Positions 58,884-64,000 of a stretch of 64,000 bases of DNA are shown here, one piece after another. Source of the stretch: Diplonema japonicum (lineage: Eukaryota > Protista > Euglenozoa: Diplonemea); the NCBI GenBank assembly GCA_964019335.1, contig OZ025653.1:62001-126000 (forward strand), in the 5' to 3' direction. The notes under the pieces were generated by a model that did no database searches, was not told the origin of the DNA, and was given only the letters and a program-made list of their open reading frames with translations. The translations under genes and the position numbers were made by a program. How positions within the stretch are numbered: the first letter of the stretch is position 1; every line of letters begins with the position of its first letter.

Positions 58884-59928
58884 CTAACCCTGCTGTGTCT
58901 CGTTCTGCTTGAGGCTGCTTCGCAGTTGCTGCAGCTTCAGCGTCTCCATGATCTTCATCTGTTCTCTCTTTTCGACCTGATGCGTGTAGGGTGGTGTCAA
59001 CCTGGGGCATACCAATTCGTCGTATTCTTCGAACTGCTGGTCCGAAATGTCAACACCTGCACGCATCCCACGCCCGAAGAGAAGCATTGCCTCGTTAGGG
59101 TTGGAGTACAGTGGGTTGATGTCCTGTTGTGATGTTGCTTGTGTGAGGTGGCGCATACCTGCGATGTGTCGTCTGCTTTGTCCCAGCTCTCAAATTGTTT
59201 TGACCCTATCATTCTCTCAGAAGGCTTCAGAATCACCTTCTTCTGTTTCTTTTTGCCAAGATACTTGTTCTTGATCTGCTCCAATTCTTCCCTCGTTTGC
59301 TTTTCTTCATCCTCTTCGTGTTTCCGCTTCTCCCCCTCCCGCATGGCTTTGGTTTGCTTCTCCTTGCTTTGCCTCTCGGCTTCTCTTGCTGCTTCATGCG
59401 CTTCGGCAAACAGCTGCTTGCGTTCCTCAGCCTTTCTCTCCCTGTCTTCCGCCTGCTTACGGACCGCTTCCTCGCGCCTTCCTATCGCACGGGCCTCACG
59501 TTGTGCTTTGCTCAGAAACGTTGGCTTCTCAAGTTCCTCGCGTCTCTTAACTAAGTTGTCGCGAAGGGATTCCAATGAAACCACCTTCTCGCTGTTTTCC
59601 TTCCTTGTTACGAGTGCCTCCTCCAAGGCTTCTTCCTCTTCAGCCAGGGTCAGTGGCCTCTTCTTCCCTTTTTTTACACCTCTCAGCAACAGCACATCTT
59701 GCTTGTGGTCCACACCGCACTCCTCCAACGTCTGGTTCGGTTCTAGCGGTTCTCCGTTCAGCTGTGGTGTCTATTGAAAAGAAGCAATTCGCATACCACT
59801 ATCTCGGCATCGCCCACTCTGTAGCCCTTGTCCAGCGCAGCTCTCCGTATAATGGCTGATATCTTCTCATTAGGATCGCAGTCGACGTCAAAAGACCGCC
59901 CCCTCTGTGTCATAAACATAAACTTCAT
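58884..59928 (-). CDS. Ubiquitin-like domain fused to Prp28/DDX23 N-terminal region, lacking the DEAD-box helicase (~312 aa)
   Basis: Introns 59762-59796, 59124-59158, 58977-59012. UBL residues ~1-72. Prp28-like blocks 'KPTFLSKAQREARAI', 'ELEQIKNKYLG', 'WDKADDTSQDINPLY', 'LLFGRGMRAGVD'; TAG at 58884. Confidence 0.85.
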
Positions 59929-60065
59929 TTTTCTTCTTTGCCCGACCCGACTGTATAGATTTGTGATGGACAATTGGCTATAAATAGTTTACTGGTTTAC
60001 TGGTTAATAACATGTATGGCATGCACTCATAAGAGGTGCTCTACAGTTAATTAAGTACTTACTGT

Positions 60066-63000
60066 TTACCACTCTTCCCCGCTTCCAAAGCTCTCGCTGT
60101 CCATCTCCATCACCTGTGAGTGAGCATGCGTATTGTGTGCATACCTCTTGATCCTCTTGTCGCATCTCGTCGAACACCACCTGTGGCGCCTCATCCTCGT
60201 CAATCTCTCTCGCCCTGAAGTCAGTGTCGATGTCAGAGCAGTTCATGATGGCGTAAAGCAGCTTTTCCCGCATCACGTCCACTGTGCTGTAGTCAGGAAG
60301 TTCCAATGCGAAGAAGCACGTTGCCGCCTTTGGTAGGTAGCAGTCCGGGTACCCTTTGCAGAATAGCGGCATGATGCGCAGCTTAACAGGCAGCCTTTCC
60401 CTCCCAGCAACGAACCGCAAAAAGGCGCGTCTGTCCGATGGGGTGATCTCTTCCAAGACCTGCCACAGAAACTGTACCCTCGTATCACCCAGTCGAAGGC
60501 CGTCCAATGTCGTCCACTCTTTCAGTTCCTTGACTGTGAAATCGGGTCTTCCGCACACCTTCAGCTCGAGGTCCTTCCAAGTCGTGAGGTGAAAGATGTA
60601 CTCAGGTATGACCCCAAACAAGCCGTTTCTGATGGCCTGAACTTGTAAGTCGGATTCATTAAGCCGTGCTGACACCACGAGAGATGCATAGTCCTCAAGA
60701 CGCTCGAAAGGGACGGTTGTGTTCAGTCCGTTGTGCACCAGCTCGAAAACGGTGCCGTCGGAAAGGTGTGTCGAGAAGGTCTCTGTGGAGAAGGTCCTGT
60801 TGTACATGTCCTCGGTGACGCCGTTGCGACTAAGCGACGAGAAATTGTCGATGCACTGGTAGCACAGCTTGTCGAAGCAATCCAGGTCAGACATGCCGAC
60901 AGGCTGGCCCACGATCTTCTTCCAGATCACAGGAGGCAAGTACAGCGAGAGGGGTTCATTGCTGCGGATAGCGCCCCCCATCAGCCTACCCAAAAACTCG
61001 AACATCCCTATATGAATGGGAAGAGTAGCGGAAGGGTTGATGACGTAGCAGTCCCTGTGAGTCCCGACCCCCGAACGCTGGTTGGGCGATTGTATAAACA
61101 GGGGGACAGCAGAGCTCATGAGTTCCGTACACATTTCTGTGATATGTTCTCTGTAAGGTCCACCTACATCCTCGGCGCCCTCACCCGCAAAAATAACCGA
61201 CCAGAACCTCTGACTTGTTTTGAACATTGAGGGTGGGTGACTGCCGAGCAACTCGTACGTCTGGCCATACAAACTGGACTGCCCTGTCTTGTCGATATCC
61301 GGGAACTGGCGGTTCCTTGCTGCCTTTCGTCTATTAAGGGTGATTCTGATAGGCTCTGCTTTGCCATTTGTGGTCTTTATGATGCTGCGCATGATGTCGT
61401 CAGCAATATTCTGAAAAAGCAGCCCGCGCACACCCATTAAGACAGAAGCCACAGAGTCAGCCCTGTGTGACATTTCAAAGTTCACAAGAGGGACGACTGT
61501 GAAGATTATTCTATTGAACCTTTTAATGACAGCAACACGCTTTGCGATTTCCTCCTCTGACACAGATTGCAACTGGGGGTAGTGCTCCCAGACGTCAGGT
61601 GACAGGGCCCTGTCGAGAGACACCTGATGAAGGTTTTTGCGTTGTGCTCTGCACAGACTATTCACTAAAGAAACGATTTGTTTGTCAACTTGTACTCCCC
61701 ACCCCGTCTGCTCTTTTTGCTGCTCTGCCCAGCTCTGCTTTGACGAATTGTAGAAGTTGTCGATCCTTTCCAGCCATGTGTCAGGGACACCTAGTGCAGA
61801 ATACGAACGAGGCAAGAACTTCAACGGTGTACCACCAAAGTTGAAAGTGCAGCCATTGTTTGCCCTAAACGAGGCTGCTGGGTAGATGCCGTCTTCGCTA
61901 TCGATTTTAAAGAGAATGTGGCTGCCCTCCTCGTCCAACACGGACTCGCCGTTCAATGTGAAGCTCATGACACCTAGGCCTGAGTCGCTCAGGTTGACCT
62001 TGCACCCCAACACGTCTCCCGCCGCCCATCTCTTGGGAATCAGCGCAACTGGCTGGCTCGAGTGCCACTTCTGACAGCGGAAGAGATCAACTGCCCACGA
62101 GTGTTCGTCATCACCCACCCCAAGGCCTCCGACCGCCTTAGGTACGTACTTGTCAGTAGCCCATCCGATCTGCATCAGGCCATGGCTTGCCAAGGTCACT
62201 TCGTAATACCACTTCCCTTGCTGCACCTTGACATTGGCCTTCACACTGTAAAATGCTGTTCCAGAGTTCTTGCATTCCAAGCCATTTGAAATCACTCCAT
62301 CTGTCACGATGAGCTCAACGTACTGCGGCCCCACCCTGTGCGGTATGTTCTTGAAATGGTCGATCGCGTCGTAGAAGTATGGGGGCAAAGGATAGCCGTT
62401 GATCAAGCACTTACTGGTGTCCACGAGGGCATGTAATTGATTGAACGGCAGGGCCTCATTCAGGACCAAGTGCAAAGGACGGATAGAGCGGTAGTCTTGC
62501 GGTTGCTCGTACTCAAATGGTGCACTGCCAAGGTTGATAAGGACACCGTCGCGCGACTCGATCATGACAGCAGGGAAGACTGCTTCGTCAGGGTGAAGGG
62601 AGAACTTGCACGATGCGAACCACCGCCTGCTCATCGAGAATGATATTGTGCCAATGTCAAGGTCCACTTCCACCCCGACGGCGTACCTGGGAAAGTTGTA
62701 CCGAGGAACGCTGTGCTCAACCTGTCCGCAACTCGACACACCGTACACAGTGTGCCACCCCCAACTGCGTAGTTTTCCATCTTCGCTACTCTTCGAGGAC
62801 ACGATACCTATGGTCAGTCCCCCACGCCCAGTTAGCTGCTTCACTTCGAAATACCATTTTCCTGTGCTCAATCTTGCGTTTGCCTTTACCACCAAGTTCT
62901 CAGCCCCTGCCCACACAATTCGCCTCCCATCGCAGTCATGGTCCACTTTGAAATTTTTCGCTTCCACTTCTTCGAACTCCTCTCCAGACACGTCCCCGTT

Positions 63001-64000
63001 GCCCAGAACATTGTTCCAGATTGACTCAGCGCTGCGTACTGCTAAAAACAGTTCCGTGAGGCTTTGAACGATCTTCGAGTGCAGAACGCAATTCCCGTTT
63101 ACCTGCTCACGGGCGTATTGCGCTTCGAGTGCTTGTTTCAAAGGCATCAGTACACCGAGGTTGGGTATCTGGTATGTAGGCCAGTCAAGCGGATTGCTCA
63201 CAACCTGCCGGATAACAGACAGCAGCAGCCTCCGGTGATACGACTGAGTATGGGCCACGGCCGACAAGAGCGCATGGAACATCTGGCGCGGCTTTGGGAG
63301 AGGCTGTGCTGTAGTAGTGCAATAATTAACAAGCTGCTCGAGGAAAGCAAGACCAAGTTCGAACCTCTCGAACCCGTACTGGACGATAAGCTTGTAGCCC
63401 CACCCGCCGGACGTGCTGTCAGTGTGGTAGTGATAATAGAAACACGGCAGATTGATTGAAAGAGGCGGCCATGGCTTGATCCCTGCGTTCCTCACGATGA
63501 CTCTCTTGCACTCTGGATCAGCTGCGATGGTAAGGACCTCCGGTCCAACCTCGGTACTCCTTGGATCGATCAAAACCCTGTACTGCGTGTGCCCTGGTAT
63601 ACCAACACTGCAGGGGCCTGTCTTTGGCACCTTGACATATGGGTGGGTTGACTCTCGTATAATGAAGCTCGGTACCTCTTCTATCAGGGCGAGACTTTCG
63701 TCTAAAAGATCAGACATCATATTGGAACTGGAAGGTGTCTCGCTGAGCATTCTTAGCAGCTGTGACTGCACGATCTCAGCGGCGGCCAGCTGGCCGCTAT
63801 CGACTAGAACGCGCTGCAGGCTGCACACGGTTGCTGTGCCTCCAAGATCGTCGACAGACATCCTGACGTCGTCGGGCCAGTTGGCAATGACCTGAACCAG
63901 CAGGACACGTGCATAAAGGCAGCTCACCAATAGCTGCGCCTGGTTCAGCTCGACTAACATCTCTTCCTGTCCGAGCGTATGGAGCTCTTCCCACAAAGCA
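60066..64000 (-). CDS. Large HECT E3 ubiquitin ligase with two SPRY domains (5' end outside window)
   Basis: SPRY 'GKWYFEVK', 'GKWYYEVT..GLMQIGW'; HECT 'FAGEGAEDVGGPYRE', catalytic 'LPKAATCF'; final intron 60114-60144 gives 'VMEMDSESFGSGEEW*'. Confidence 0.93.

Noticed and set aside
1-64000. Numerous plus-strand ORFs of 60-283 aa (e.g. 2978-3766, 10039-10749, 53176-54027)
   Set aside because: They are antisense shadows of minus-strand CDSs, with no recognisable motifs or splice support.
1-64000. Non-canonical introns, genetic code change, tRNA/rRNA/SL RNA genes, CRISPR arrays
   Set aside because: All ORF breaks were resolved with GT-AG introns and standard stops; I recognised no RNA gene signature or repeat-spacer array by eye.

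Overview
Compact eukaryotic nuclear DNA, most consistent with a euglenozoan and probably a diplonemid (inference from gene organisation and protein families; not database-checked). About 36 protein-coding genes all lie on the minus strand as one unidirectional cluster. Several intergenic gaps are only 10-60 nt, and many genes have a pyrimidine tract plus AG just upstream of the ATG, as expected for polycistronic transcription with spliced-leader trans-splicing. I reconstructed about 60 tiny GT-AG cis-introns by hand (30-59 nt, donor mostly GTATG); they join the fragmented ORFs into in-frame genes. Recognisable genes: S2P protease, IFT27, GRASP, UCH, NDP-glucose 4,6-dehydratase, S1P phosphatase, glutaminase, DHHC, polyprenol reductase, a 6-EF-hand protein, a PTGR-like reductase ending in SKL, GT31, PPR/HPR proteins, Nudix, a Kv channel, an SNF1/CIPK-like kinase, BTB-MATH, FAM135 and SPRY-HECT. 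Best leads: (1) a ubiquitin-like domain fused to only the non-catalytic N-terminal region of spliceosomal Prp28/DDX23, with no helicase; (2) a pseudo-kinesin split by two LamG domains and followed by IQ and a caspase-like fold; (3) an EF-hand-Kv channel, a permuted ankyrin-glutaminase and a C1-domain kinase; (4) two MITE-like elements (TTAA piggyBac-type and TTA Harbinger-type); (5) a hidden spliced 66-aa microprotein. All gene models are manual predictions without transcript evidence.
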